DNA from: Planctomycetota bacterium
Lineage (GTDB): Bacteria > Planctomycetota > UBA1135 > UBA2386
Reading direction: 5' to 3'
Assembly: GCA_965228735.1 (NCBI GenBank)
Contig: OZ245838.1
Location: forward strand, 416,001-480,000
Length of the DNA stretch: 64,000 nucleotides
Positions 11,669 through 21,841 of the stretch are shown here, piece by piece. The notes beneath the pieces are model-generated. The model did no database searches and was not told the DNA's origin. It saw only the letters and a program-made list of their open reading frames with translations. Each line of letters starts with the position of its first letter. Positions within the stretch are counted from its first letter, which is position 1. The position numbers were made by a program, and so were the translations under genes.

Positions 11669-12505
11669 ATGATTCCCTACGAGCCGAAGCAGTGGTGGCG
11701 GATCCTCTTCGACTTCCAGCGCAGTCCGGTGTTCCGCACGCTGATGCTGGACGTGATCGGCGCCGGTGCGTGGGCCGCGCTCGTGGTGTGGATCGAGACT
11801 GACGTCTTTCACGTGGCGGTGCCGCTCGGGCCGGCGTTCCTGTCGATCCTCGGCATCATCCTCGGCCTGCTGCTCGTCTTCCGGACCAACACCGCGTACG
11901 ACCGCTGGTGGGAGGGCCGCAAGGTCTGGGGTCATCTCGTCAACGTCTCGCGCGGGCTCGCGCACCAGCTCGACGCGCAGCTCATGACGACGGCACCCGA
12001 GCGGCGCGGGGTCTACGCCGAGCACATCGCGCGGTTTCCGGAGCTGCTGATGGTGCACCTGCGTCAGCCGCGCGACTTCGTCGGTGAGCACGAGCCGAAC
12101 GGGCTGCTCACGGACCTCCATCGGGACGTCCACAGCGACATCGAGAGCGGCAAACTCGCCGAGGGCGCGCGCATCACGCTGCAGCCGCTGCTGCAGGCGT
12201 TCGACGACGTGCTCGGCAAGTGCGAGCGCATCCGCAAGACGCCGATCCCGTTCAGCTACTCGTCGTACATCAAGCAGTTCGTGCTGCTCTACGCGCTCGT
12301 GATGCCGTTCGGCCTCGTCACCGAGTTCGGTTACGGCGCGGTGATCGCGTCGATGTTCGCGTTCTTCGCGACGATGGGACTCGAACTGCTCGCGACCGAG
12401 ATCGAGGAGCCGTTCGGCACGGACCCGAACGATCTCCCGCTCGAGACGATCGGCGAGACGATCGCGCGGGACGTGCGGGAGATCCTCGGGGCGTCGCCCG
12501 ACTGA
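11669..12505 (+). CDS. Bestrophin family channel
   Basis: LLLVFRTNTAYDRWWEGRK.WG, CERI..TPIPFSY, EIEEPFG.DPNDLPL. Confidence 0.93.
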   Translation: MIPYEPKQWWRILFDFQRSPVFRTLMLDVIGAGAWAALVVWIETDVFHVAVPLGPAFLSILGIILGLLLVFRTNTAYDRWWEGRKVWGHLVNVSRGLAHQLDAQLMTTAPERRGVYAEHIARFPELLMVHLRQPRDFVGEHEPNGLLTDLHRDVHSDIESGKLAEGARITLQPLLQAFDDVLGKCERIRKTPIPFSYSSYIKQFVLLYALVMPFGLVTEFGYGAVIASMFAFFATMGLELLATEIEEPFGTDPNDLPLETIGETIARDVREILGASPD

Positions 12506-12540
12506 GCGAGGTACTGCGGAGCGGGGTACTGCTGGGCGTG

Positions 12541-14625
12541 CTACTGCGTCCCGCCGAGCAGGGTGTCGACCCCTTCGCTCGCCTTGAGCCCGAGCGCGTT
12601 CGCCGCCGGCTGCAGCGAGAAGTACTGCGAGTAGACGTGCCCGCCGAGCAGCTGCGGGTGCTGGAACGTCTGCGTGACCGCGAGGTAGCCTTGCACGTCG
12701 GCGACCCCAAAGATCGTCGCCAGCGGATCGACCCGGACGTAGCACGTCGGCGCTCCCAGCTGGGCGAGCGAGAACGGCAGCGGCGTCACGCCGCTGAGCT
12801 GGTTCGACAATCCCATCGCGAGCACGGCGGGCGTCCCGGGCTGCGTGTTGGCCATGACGAACCGCAGGGGCTCGCCCAGCTCGGGGTGGCCGTCGACATC
12901 GTGGTAGGGTCGCCACGGATACGAACCGCAACCGCTGCCGAACTGGGTGACGAGTCCGTTGTGGTGGGTGCCGTAGCGGTAACCGTAGACGCCTTGGTCC
13001 AGGGTGAGGCCCGTGTGGGCGTAGCCGGCGCACACGCCGCGTTGCCAGTTGAGCATGCGCAGAGTGCCGATGAACTGCCCGGCCATCGCCGGCACGCCGA
13101 CGTAGACCTGCATCCACCCCGGGTTGCTGTGCCACACCTTGGCGACGAACTGGATGCGGTTGCCGCCCGGTTCGACGAGGTCACAGACGTACCCGGCGTA
13201 GGTCAGCTGCTCGGTCGGCGTGAGCAGGTTGTCGTCGCGATACATGACGTAGAGGTCCGGGCGGAAGCCGCCGGTCTGTAGACGCCAACGCCCGAGCCAC
13301 TGATCGGTGTCGACGGGCAACGAGTTGTTGAACACTGGCGTCAGGTAGCCGTCGTTGGCCAGAATCGTCGACGGTGTGCGCGCGTAGCCGCCGTAGGGCG
13401 GGTTCGGCAGCGGGCCCGGGTTGTCGTAGTGCTCGCCGGCGAGCTCCTCACCGTCGTCGTCGACGACGCGGTAACGAAACTTGCGGCCCACGGTCGGGCT
13501 CTCGCGCAGCTCGTCCCAGCGCATGTTGTCGTTGGGCGCGTTCTTGAACCAGAAGGTCAGCTCCTTGCCCTGGACGTAGCCGTTCACGCGGTGCGCGACC
13601 CCGTTGTGGTCGTAGAACGTGCCGATGCGATTGTCCGCGATGTTGATGTTCGCCGCCTGGAACCACGTGTCCATCACGTGCGGCAGGTGATAGACGTCGA
13701 GGATGCCGCGCCAGCCGTCGAAGCAGATGCTGCGGCGGCCGAGGAACTGCAGCTCGGGCCAGCCGTGCGGCGTGTTCGCACCCGTCATGTAGCCGGCGCG
13801 GCGACCGTAGGCCTGCACGTAGTCGTAGCCGATCCGCGTGAAGCCGCCGGGGTGGCTCGTCTCGCCCCAGGAGTTCTTCACGGTGAAGTACCAGTCCTGC
13901 GGGTTCGGCGACGTGCGGTCGTAGCCGACGATCAGCATCGAGTGCCAGCCGATGCTGATCGAGCCCGTGACCGCCCGCCAGATCGCGCCGCGACTGCCGC
14001 GGCAGTCGAAGTCCCAGACGACGTCGTGGCCCGCCTGCAACACGGCCTCGATCGCGGTGGTGCTGTCGGGCTGGGGCATGTCGACGTAGCCCGACGCGGA
14101 GTAGTAGACGGGCGCGGTCAGCGCCGCCCGCGGCAGGTTGACCGGGTCGAGGTTGAAGCTGTTGGTCGTGAACTGCGAATCCCAATAGGAGTTGTTCCAC
14201 GCCGGCAGGTTCGGATACGGCGTCGTGCGATACGGCATGTAGACCTCGCTCGGCACGGCGAAGTGCCCGCCCGCGAGCTGTCGCGCGATGCCGGTGCCCT
14301 CGCCGCCCCCGAACGCGCCCACCTGGTTCTCGCGGAAGTCCGAGCCGCCGGCCGCGATCGGCGCCCAGTCGCGGTTGAGCCACATCGTCTTGTGGACGTA
14401 GTTGCAGAACTCCTCGGACAGGTCGAGGGTCAGCCCATTGCGCTTGTAGCGCGCCTCGAGCGCCGCGACCGCCGCGAACATGATGCAGGTCGTCCGATTG
14501 CCCTGGTTCTGGATCGCGGTTTGCCAGTGGGTGTGATCGACGGCGGCCTGGGCCGTGGCCTTGCCCGTCAGGGCGGGAAGTGCCAGTGCGATGGCGAGAA
14601 CGGCGCGGGGGAGGGTCGGTTGCAT
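12541..14625 (-). CDS. Secreted papain-like (C1) cysteine peptidase with C-terminal domain
   Basis: QGNRTTC (oxyanion Q, catalytic C), WHSMLIVGYD (H), KNSWG (N); signal peptide. Confidence 0.85.
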   Translation of the reverse strand: MQPTLPRAVLAIALALPALTGKATAQAAVDHTHWQTAIQNQGNRTTCIMFAAVAALEARYKRNGLTLDLSEEFCNYVHKTMWLNRDWAPIAAGGSDFRENQVGAFGGGEGTGIARQLAGGHFAVPSEVYMPYRTTPYPNLPAWNNSYWDSQFTTNSFNLDPVNLPRAALTAPVYYSASGYVDMPQPDSTTAIEAVLQAGHDVVWDFDCRGSRGAIWRAVTGSISIGWHSMLIVGYDRTSPNPQDWYFTVKNSWGETSHPGGFTRIGYDYVQAYGRRAGYMTGANTPHGWPELQFLGRRSICFDGWRGILDVYHLPHVMDTWFQAANINIADNRIGTFYDHNGVAHRVNGYVQGKELTFWFKNAPNDNMRWDELRESPTVGRKFRYRVVDDDGEELAGEHYDNPGPLPNPPYGGYARTPSTILANDGYLTPVFNNSLPVDTDQWLGRWRLQTGGFRPDLYVMYRDDNLLTPTEQLTYAGYVCDLVEPGGNRIQFVAKVWHSNPGWMQVYVGVPAMAGQFIGTLRMLNWQRGVCAGYAHTGLTLDQGVYGYRYGTHHNGLVTQFGSGCGSYPWRPYHDVDGHPELGEPLRFVMANTQPGTPAVLAMGLSNQLSGVTPLPFSLAQLGAPTCYVRVDPLATIFGVADVQGYLAVTQTFQHPQLLGGHVYSQYFSLQPAANALGLKASEGVDTLLGGTQ

Positions 14626-14641
14626 CGGATTGCTCGCCTCG

Positions 14642-14671
14642 GTGGATGCCCGGGGCTCGGCCGGCCGCACG
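14642..14671 (-). promoter_or_regulatory. Putative ECF promoter toward the C1 peptidase: CGTGC-N13-CCGGGCATCCAC
   Basis: Same motif and spacing as the opposite-strand copy at 14719-14748. Confidence 0.6.
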
Positions 14672-14718
14672 CTTGATTTCGAGGAATCGTGAGACACCGC
14701 GGAAAAGGTCGGAATCCC

Positions 14719-14748
14719 CGTGCTGCGCGCCGCCCTCCGGGCATCCAC
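14719..14748 (+). promoter_or_regulatory. Putative autoregulatory ECF promoter: CGTGC-N13-CCGGGCATCCAC
   Basis: Mirror of 14642-14671, upstream of the ECF sigma gene. Confidence 0.6.
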
Positions 14749-14792
14749 ACCGCAGGCTGCGCGCGCGCGGCGGTATCCTCTCTCGCAGCCCG

Positions 14793-15404
14793 ATGACGCC
14801 CCAAGATGACTTCGATCGCGAGCTCGCCCGGGCGGCCACCGGCAGTCCGGAAGCGATCGACGCGCTCCTGGACCGGTATCTCAACCGCCTGCGCGCGTTC
14901 ATCCGGCTGCGCATGCACGCGCGCCTCCGGCAATACGAGTCGTGTTCGGACCTCGTGCAGTCCGTCTGCCGCGAAGTGCTGACGGCGCAGGAGCGGTTCG
15001 AGTTCCGCGGCGAGGCGGCGTTCCGCTCGTGGCTGTTCACGACCGCGCTGCGCAAGATCACGCGGCGGTCGCGCTACCTCACGGCGCAGCGGCGGGATCG
15101 CGATCGCCAGGTGCTCGCGGCCGATCTGCCGGACTACGACCAGCTGCTCGCCGGCGTCTCTCCAGAACACAGTCCGAGCACGGTCGCGATGGCCGCGGAG
15201 CACGCCGAACGACTGGAGCAGGCGTTCGACCGCCTGCCGGACGATTATCGCGAGGTCATCACGCTCGCGCGCGTGGCCGAGCTGCCGCTGCGTGACGTCG
15301 CGCACGCGATGGAACGCAGCGAGGGCGCGACGCGCATGCTGCTCAACCGGGCACTCGTTCAGCTGGCTCGCGAGCTCGATCGCGACGAAGGCGGGCCGGC
15401 ATGA
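14793..15404 (+). CDS. ECF sigma factor (Ser/Thr kinase-associated)
   Basis: SDLVQSV, FRSWLF, LPDDYREVITL, RSEGATRMLLNRA; ATGA overlap with kinase. Confidence 0.92.
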   Translation: MTPQDDFDRELARAATGSPEAIDALLDRYLNRLRAFIRLRMHARLRQYESCSDLVQSVCREVLTAQERFEFRGEAAFRSWLFTTALRKITRRSRYLTAQRRDRDRQVLAADLPDYDQLLAGVSPEHSPSTVAMAAEHAERLEQAFDRLPDDYREVITLARVAELPLRDVAHAMERSEGATRMLLNRALVQLARELDRDEGGPA

Positions 15405-18400
15405 GCTCGCGGGTGGTGTCCCACCAGGCCGCAGACTCGGCCGATGACCCGGTCGATCGTCTGTTGCTGCGCTGGATCGAGAGCGAACCGGGGCAACGCG
15501 ACCGCGTGCTCACCCGACTCTGCGACGAGCAACCCGAGCTCGCCGTGGTGTTGCGGCGGCGGGCGAAGAGCCTGTTGGACGCCGGCCTGCTCGACACCGC
15601 CGCCCCGGCGCGCCCGCTCGATCGGCTCGGCCCGTTCCGGCTGCAGCGCATGATCGGCGGGGGCGGCATGGGGGTCGTCTACCTCGCCCGGCAGGACGAT
15701 CCCGCGCGTGACGTCGCGGTGAAGCTGCTGCGCCCGGAGTTCCAGCCGTTCGAGCGTTCGCGCGAGCGTTTCCGCCGCGAGATCGCAGCCGTCTCGCGGT
15801 TGCAGCATCCCGGGATCGTGCCGGTCTACGACTGCGGCGAGGACCAGAACGTGCTCTACCTCGCGATGGAGCACGTGGCTGGCATCACCCTGGCCGAGCT
15901 GCTGCGGTCGTTGCCGCACCGGTCGGCCGAACGGTTGCGCGGCAGCGACGTGCTCGCGGTGGTCGCCGATCACTCCGAGCCGCAGCCGGCGTTGCGTGAA
16001 CTCTGCCGCGGCAGCTGGGTCGAGTTCTGCCTGCGCGTCGTCCGCGCGATCGCCGTGGCGTTGCAGCACGCGCACGAACGCGGCGTCGTGCACCGTGACG
16101 TCAAGCCGTCCAACGTGATGCTCGGCTTCGACGGTCGCGTCATGCTGATGGACTTCGGCCTCGCCCAGGCGAGCGGCGTCACGCGGCTGACCGCGAGCGG
16201 GGCGCAGGCGGGCTCGTTGCCCTACATGGCACCGGAGCAGCTGCGAGGTGCGGTGACCGATGCCCGCACCGACGTCTACGGCCTGGCGGTGACGTGCTAC
16301 GAACTGCTGTCACTCGCGTGCCCGTACTGGGAGGACGGGCCCGAGGCGCTGCGGGCGCGCATCCTCGAAGCGCGGCCCGTGCCGCTCGCGCACCGCAATC
16401 GGTTCGTGGGGCGAGCCGCCGAACTCGTCTGTCACAAGGCCATGGATCCGGTGCCCGGCCGGCGGTACGCGAGCGCCGCCGCGTTCGCCGACGATCTCGA
16501 CGCGGTGCTCCAGCACCGATCGGTGCGCGCGCGGCCGCCCTCGCTGCTGCGGCGCACCGCGCGCTGGTGTCAGCGCTATCCGACCGCGACCGTGGCGCTC
16601 GTCGCCGTCGTGCTGCTCGCCGTCGGCGGGCCACTGCTCGTGAACGTGAGCCTGCGATCGCAGCGGGACGAGGCGCTGCAGCAGGCGTATTCGGCGCACG
16701 TCGTCGCCGCGGCGTTCTACTTGTCGATCCACAACGCGCTCGGTGCCAAGCAGCAGCTGCAGGCCTGTGACCCCGAGCTGCGGGGATTCGAGTGGCACCA
16801 TCTCGACCGGGTTGCGGATCAGAGCATCGGGCACCTGCCGGAACGGCGGGGTTACTTCGCGGCGGTGCACTGGGCGGGCGACGTGCTCGTGCATGCCGGC
16901 GAGAACGACGGCACGGTCGCCGTGCTGCAGCCCGACGGCACGCGGCTCTGGCACCGGTCGCTGGCCGGCATGCGCTGGCTCGACGTCAGTTCGGACGGTC
17001 GGACGATCGCGGTCGCCGACGGCTCGGACCGCATCACGCGCCTCGATGTCACGACGGGCACGCCGCTCCCGTCGTGGGCCGCTCCCGACGCGATGCCGGT
17101 GCGGTGGCTGCAGTTCCTCGGCGACGACGGCGGCCTGGCGCTCGGTTCGCAGGCCGGGTCGGTGGTCGTGCTCGATCGGGACGGCGCGGTGCGATACCGC
17201 GCCGAAGGCCTGCCCCCGGCGAGCCGAGCGGTCACGCGGGATGGTCGTCGACTGCTCGCGGCCGATCTCGGCGACGCACCGTTCGCAGAACTCTGGGACC
17301 TCGAGCGACGTGAGCGGATCGTCGAGATCGGCCGTGGGCGAGCGGTCTGGTCCGCGGCGTTCCGCGGTGACGGGGAACGCCTCGCGATCGGTTGCGAGGA
17401 GGGCGTCATCGAGGTGTTCGATCGTGACGGCGCACGCCTGGCGAGCGTCGTCGGGCACGCCGGCCGAACGGTGAATGCGGTCCGCTTCGCCAGCGCGGAT
17501 TCGCTGTGGACGGTCGGCAACGACGGCACGATGCAGCGGTGGCACCCGGACAACGGCGAACGCGGCGAGACGCGCTACGGCCACGAAGCGATCGTTCTCG
17601 ATCTCGATCTGCACGACAGCGACGGTCGCATCGCGACGGTCTCGCCGTTCGACGGCGTGCGGATCTGGGACGGTGGATCGGCGCCGCATCGCACGATCCT
17701 GCCGGCCGTGGGGGGCGGCGCCGAGGGGCTCGCGTGGAGCCCGGACGATCGGTTGCTCCACGTCGCGTGCTCCGACGGGGCGGCCCGAACCTGGGACGCC
17801 GCGGCGAGACGCCGGCTCGCGACGCTGCCCGCCAGCTCGCGATTGTCCGGCTGTGCCCGCACCGGCGACTTCCTCTTCGGCATCGGCTTCGATCCCGAGC
17901 ACGCGCTAGTGCGTTGGGACCTCGAGGCCGGCGGGACGGCGACGGCGCTGTCGGTCGCGGGGTTCGAAGACGTCGCGATCGCCACGCATCCGCGTTCGGG
18001 CGTGATCGCGTGCGGCCATGCCGACGGCTCGATCCGGCTCTTCGACGCCGAGTCGCTCACCGAACTCACGCGTTTGCCCGGTGCCGGCGGGCCGGCCACG
18101 GCGTTGGCGTTCTCGCCCCGGGGCGACGTGCTGGCCGTGGGAGATCTCGAGGGCAACCTGGTGATCCTCGATGTCGACTCGGGCCGTCGCCTCGCGGCGA
18201 CGAAAGCGCGCGACGGGCTGCGCGCGCTCGCGTTCCGCGGCGGCGATCTCTGGTGCGGTGAGGGCAATGCCGTTGTCGTGCGAGACGCCGCCACGCTCGC
18301 GGAGCGCCTGTCGCTGTCCGGCCACCAGGGCTGGGTGCACGACCTCACGGTCGCGCCGGACGGCCGCCGCGTCGCGTCGGCATCGCACGACGGCACGGTG

Positions 18401-18562
18401 CGCGTGTGGCACGCCGACCGCGGTGACTGCCTGCTCGTGCTGACGGGGTCCGGCGCCTACGTCTACGCGGTGCTGTTCGACGGCTCAGGGGAGTCGCTCG
18501 CCGCGGGGTGCGCGGACGGCAGCGTCTATCTCTGGAACGGTGCGGCGCGGTCGATGCGGTGA
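15401..18562 (+). CDS. Ser/Thr protein kinase with TM segment and WD40 repeats
   Basis: GGGGMGVVY, VAVK, HRDVKPSN, DFGLA, YMAPEQ; repeated GH...WD-type units. Confidence 0.95.
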   Translation: MSSRVVSHQAADSADDPVDRLLLRWIESEPGQRDRVLTRLCDEQPELAVVLRRRAKSLLDAGLLDTAAPARPLDRLGPFRLQRMIGGGGMGVVYLARQDDPARDVAVKLLRPEFQPFERSRERFRREIAAVSRLQHPGIVPVYDCGEDQNVLYLAMEHVAGITLAELLRSLPHRSAERLRGSDVLAVVADHSEPQPALRELCRGSWVEFCLRVVRAIAVALQHAHERGVVHRDVKPSNVMLGFDGRVMLMDFGLAQASGVTRLTASGAQAGSLPYMAPEQLRGAVTDARTDVYGLAVTCYELLSLACPYWEDGPEALRARILEARPVPLAHRNRFVGRAAELVCHKAMDPVPGRRYASAAAFADDLDAVLQHRSVRARPPSLLRRTARWCQRYPTATVALVAVVLLAVGGPLLVNVSLRSQRDEALQQAYSAHVVAAAFYLSIHNALGAKQQLQACDPELRGFEWHHLDRVADQSIGHLPERRGYFAAVHWAGDVLVHAGENDGTVAVLQPDGTRLWHRSLAGMRWLDVSSDGRTIAVADGSDRITRLDVTTGTPLPSWAAPDAMPVRWLQFLGDDGGLALGSQAGSVVVLDRDGAVRYRAEGLPPASRAVTRDGRRLLAADLGDAPFAELWDLERRERIVEIGRGRAVWSAAFRGDGERLAIGCEEGVIEVFDRDGARLASVVGHAGRTVNAVRFASADSLWTVGNDGTMQRWHPDNGERGETRYGHEAIVLDLDLHDSDGRIATVSPFDGVRIWDGGSAPHRTILPAVGGGAEGLAWSPDDRLLHVACSDGAARTWDAAARRRLATLPASSRLSGCARTGDFLFGIGFDPEHALVRWDLEAGGTATALSVAGFEDVAIATHPRSGVIACGHADGSIRLFDAESLTELTRLPGAGGPATALAFSPRGDVLAVGDLEGNLVILDVDSGRRLAATKARDGLRALAFRGGDLWCGEGNAVVVRDAATLAERLSLSGHQGWVHDLTVAPDGRRVASASHDGTVRVWHADRGDCLLVLTGSGAYVYAVLFDGSGESLAAGCADGSVYLWNGAARSMR

Positions 18563-18572
18563 GCAACAGAGC

Positions 18573-19550
18573 TCAGTAGCTGCCGATCGTCGCCGCCACC
18601 CCGTTGCTGAACGCGACCCCCAGCGGGTTGGCCGCGGGATCGACGCCGAGCCCTTGCGCGTAGTAGACGACGCCGAGCACGGCCGGATCGCTCGGCATCG
18701 CGAGTGCCATCTGCAGTTGTCCGGCCGGCGACGCGAAGCCGGCCAGCGTGATGCTGCCGGATGTGCGCTGCCGGCAGCCCGGCGCGCCCAAGCCGGTCAT
18801 CGAGGCGTCAGGGTCCACGAACCCGATCGCGTGGAACGCGAGGCTTCCGGGCTGCAGGTTGCCGAGCGTCATCGCGGACGCGCCACCGAGCACGGGCGGG
18901 GAGCACGTCAGGCTGGGTGCCCCGTTGCTGCCGCAGCCCCCGCTCGTGCTGCTGACCCCGGCCTGCAGGTGCGGCCGGTACTCGAGCTGGTAGTGGTAGC
19001 CGTTCGGCAGGCTCTGGTTCCAGACGCCGTTCTGGAAGTACCAGCTGCGCACGTCGGTGGCACCGTGCGTCAGCGTCGAGCTGATCCAGTCGCCGCCGAT
19101 CGTGAGCGGCGGCACCCAGTAATTGGCCACGAGGAACACGCGCTGGCCCGGCGGCAGCGTGAGCGGAATGGCGAACGAGCTGCGGCAGACCGTCGTCTGG
19201 TTGTAGGAGATCGTGACTGCCGGTGTGACCGAGCCGAGCGGCAGGCCGGGGATGAACGTGTTGCCGAGCGGCACCGCCTGCACCCACGAGAAGAACACGT
19301 TGGGGTCGCCGAGCAGCGGCAGCAGTCCGAGATTGTGACTCAAGCGCTGTGCGGCCTGGCAGATCTGGATCGGGTAGGGGTGCGGGTTCTGCACGAGGTA
19401 GCAGCGCTTCCAGACGTCCCGGAAGTCCCAGTAGTTGTTGAGCAGCGGGCTGCCGTAGTTGGCCTGCAGCTGTGAGCTGCAGGGGGCCTGGGTGGGCATG
19501 GCGGTCGCGAGGGCGATGGCGGCGATCAGCGTGGCGAGCAACGGCTTCAT
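18573..19550 (-). CDS. Secreted hypothetical protein with shared C-terminal domain
   Basis: Signal peptide; ends '...LGVVYYAQGLGVDPAANPLGVAFSNGVAATIGSY'. Confidence 0.78.
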   Translation of the reverse strand: MKPLLATLIAAIALATAMPTQAPCSSQLQANYGSPLLNNYWDFRDVWKRCYLVQNPHPYPIQICQAAQRLSHNLGLLPLLGDPNVFFSWVQAVPLGNTFIPGLPLGSVTPAVTISYNQTTVCRSSFAIPLTLPPGQRVFLVANYWVPPLTIGGDWISSTLTHGATDVRSWYFQNGVWNQSLPNGYHYQLEYRPHLQAGVSSTSGGCGSNGAPSLTCSPPVLGGASAMTLGNLQPGSLAFHAIGFVDPDASMTGLGAPGCRQRTSGSITLAGFASPAGQLQMALAMPSDPAVLGVVYYAQGLGVDPAANPLGVAFSNGVAATIGSY

Positions 19551-19678
19551 GTCCGCTACTCGCGGGCGGAACGTCGGCGGGGCAGTGGATCTCGGAAAAA
19601 CGGGGTTTCGCGGTTTCGTCGCCGCAGCTCGCGGGGCCGCGACCAGCGGTTGTCGGGCGGTCGGCCTATGCTCTCGGC

Positions 19679-21748
19679 GTGAGCGAACGCAGAGTGTCGG
19701 CCGAACCCACGACCGCCGATGGGCCGGGCCTCGGGGCGGTCGGCCTGGCAGCCGCGGGGGTGTGCCTCACGCTCGCGCTCTGGCAACAGGCGCGACTCTG
19801 GCCGCTGTTCGCCGAGGATGCGTTCATCGTGCTGCGCTACGCCGAGAACCTGGTCGCGGGTCACGGTCTGGTGTGGAACGTGGGCGAGCCGGTCGAGGGC
19901 TACTCGAACCTGCTCTGGATCCTCGGCTGCGCCGGGTTCTTGTGGGTGGGCGTCGAGGCCGATGTCGCGGCTCGACTGTTCGGCGGGCTCTGCATGTCGG
20001 GTGCAGTGTTGGTGCTGTTGCGGATGCGCCGCCCCCGACGATGGTCGGACTTGGCAGTCGTCGCGCTCGGCCCCGCCGTGCTGGCGACGCACGTGACGAC
20101 CGTCACGTGGACGTTGGGCGGCCTCGAGGGACCGATGGTCGTGCTGCTGATCGTCTGGAGCACGGCCGCGATGCTGCGTCTCGTGGAGCGCGGTGGCGCC
20201 GTGTCGACGGCGAGCGCCTTCGTGACCGGCATACCGTTCGCGCTGATGTGCCTCGCGCGTTCGGAAGGACCGCTGTGGCTCGTCGCACCGACGCTCGCGC
20301 TGTGGCTGCGCGGTCGCCGCCACGGCGTTTCCTGGTTTCTCACCGTCGTTGCTCTGATCACGCCCGCGGTGATCGCGGTTCTGGGTCAGCTGGTGTTTCG
20401 GCTCTCGTACTACGGCGAGTGGGTTCCGAACACCGCGCACCTCAAGGTCGACCTCGGCAGTGCGACGTTGACCGAGGGCCTGGCCTATCTCGATCGCGCT
20501 TGGCAGGCATCCAGGGGGCTGCTGCCACTGGCGCTGATCGGCGCGGTCATCGGACTCGTGCGCCGTGACACGCGACTGCGGGCGCTGCTGTTCACCCTGC
20601 CGATCGCGCTCTGGTGCGGTTATCTCGCGGCAGTCGGCGGCGACTACTTCCCGTCGCACCGCATGTTCATCGCGGTCGTGCCGTTGCTCGCGTTCCTCGC
20701 CGTCGAGGCCGTGGCCTGGATCGCGACCCTCAGCTTCGGAGCCGTGCCGGCGCTCGTGCTCGCTGGCGCTACGGTCGGCGTTCTCACCTGGGACACGCAT
20801 CACGACCATGAGTCGGCGGCGTTGCGCGACACCGGCCTCGAATGGAAGAACGTCGCGTTCGGCGAGATGATGCATCGCGCGTTCGCGTCGCAGCGACCTC
20901 TCGTCGCGGTCGACGCGGCCGGTGGCATCCCGTTCGGCAGCAAGCTGCCGCACGTCGACATGCTCGGCTTCAACGACCCCGTCGTTGCGCGCACGCCGGT
21001 GCGAGACTTCGCGTATCGCGCGGTCTCCGAGATTCTCGGGCGGGCCTACATGCCGGGGCACATGAAGGGCAACGGGCGCTACGTGCTCGATCGGCGACCC
21101 GATGTCGTGCTCTTCAACAGCGCGCCGTGTGCCGTCGTCCCGACGTTCGTCAGTGGCTACGAGATGCAGAGCGACCCGCGGTGGCTGCGCGACTATCGCT
21201 GCGTGCAGCTGCGTTGCCCGCCGGCGCGGCTGCCGAACGGCCTCGACGTTCGGATGCAGGTGTCGATGTGGGTGCGACTCGAGGGCCGGGTCGGCGTGCG
21301 ACGCGACGGCAACGTCGTCGAGGTGCCCGGGCTGCTGCTCGGCAGCTTCGACCAGACCGTGCCGTTCCGGCTGCTGCACGTCCCACCGCCGGGCACGCCC
21401 GAGCGGGTGGCGCTCGATGTCGGGATGCGCAACCAACTCAACTGGTCCCTCAGCACCCCGGTGCTGGCGGTGATCGCGGACGATCGGATCGATTGCGAGC
21501 TGCGAGCGCCCGGTGCCGGCACGTGCACGGCACTGCAGCTCGATGCCGGTCGCTGGCGCATCGAACCGCAGCCGGCCCACGACGGCGTCGTGGTGCAGCT
21601 GCTCGACGACGCGGGGCAGGTCGTCGGGGTGGCGGGCGCGCCGTTCGACCTCGTCGCGGGCGGCCGCTTCGACCTGCAGACGATCGCCCGGGACGACGCC
21701 GCGCTGCCGCTGCGGATCCGCAGCGTGCGGCTCGTCCGCGATCCGTGA
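19679..21748 (+). CDS. Polytopic membrane protein, GT-C glycosyltransferase-like
   Basis: EDAFIVLRYAENL..GHGLVWN.GE.VEGYSN, GLEGP, RSEG, YYGEWVPNT, GGDY, DMLG; many TM helices; start uncertain. Confidence 0.72.
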   Translation: MSERRVSAEPTTADGPGLGAVGLAAAGVCLTLALWQQARLWPLFAEDAFIVLRYAENLVAGHGLVWNVGEPVEGYSNLLWILGCAGFLWVGVEADVAARLFGGLCMSGAVLVLLRMRRPRRWSDLAVVALGPAVLATHVTTVTWTLGGLEGPMVVLLIVWSTAAMLRLVERGGAVSTASAFVTGIPFALMCLARSEGPLWLVAPTLALWLRGRRHGVSWFLTVVALITPAVIAVLGQLVFRLSYYGEWVPNTAHLKVDLGSATLTEGLAYLDRAWQASRGLLPLALIGAVIGLVRRDTRLRALLFTLPIALWCGYLAAVGGDYFPSHRMFIAVVPLLAFLAVEAVAWIATLSFGAVPALVLAGATVGVLTWDTHHDHESAALRDTGLEWKNVAFGEMMHRAFASQRPLVAVDAAGGIPFGSKLPHVDMLGFNDPVVARTPVRDFAYRAVSEILGRAYMPGHMKGNGRYVLDRRPDVVLFNSAPCAVVPTFVSGYEMQSDPRWLRDYRCVQLRCPPARLPNGLDVRMQVSMWVRLEGRVGVRRDGNVVEVPGLLLGSFDQTVPFRLLHVPPPGTPERVALDVGMRNQLNWSLSTPVLAVIADDRIDCELRAPGAGTCTALQLDAGRWRIEPQPAHDGVVVQLLDDAGQVVGVAGAPFDLVAGGRFDLQTIARDDAALPLRIRSVRLVRDP

Positions 21749-21841
21749 TCGACCGGGCGGGTCGACGACACGTGTATCGCTGGCGGAGCCGGTTCGGGGT
21801 CACGACTGTGGTCGTGGATTCCGTGCGCTAGGCTCTCCGGC

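Noticed and set aside
12512..12547. Three TACTGC hexamers at a convergent gene junction
   Set aside because: Short, irregularly spaced and partly coding; likely chance.
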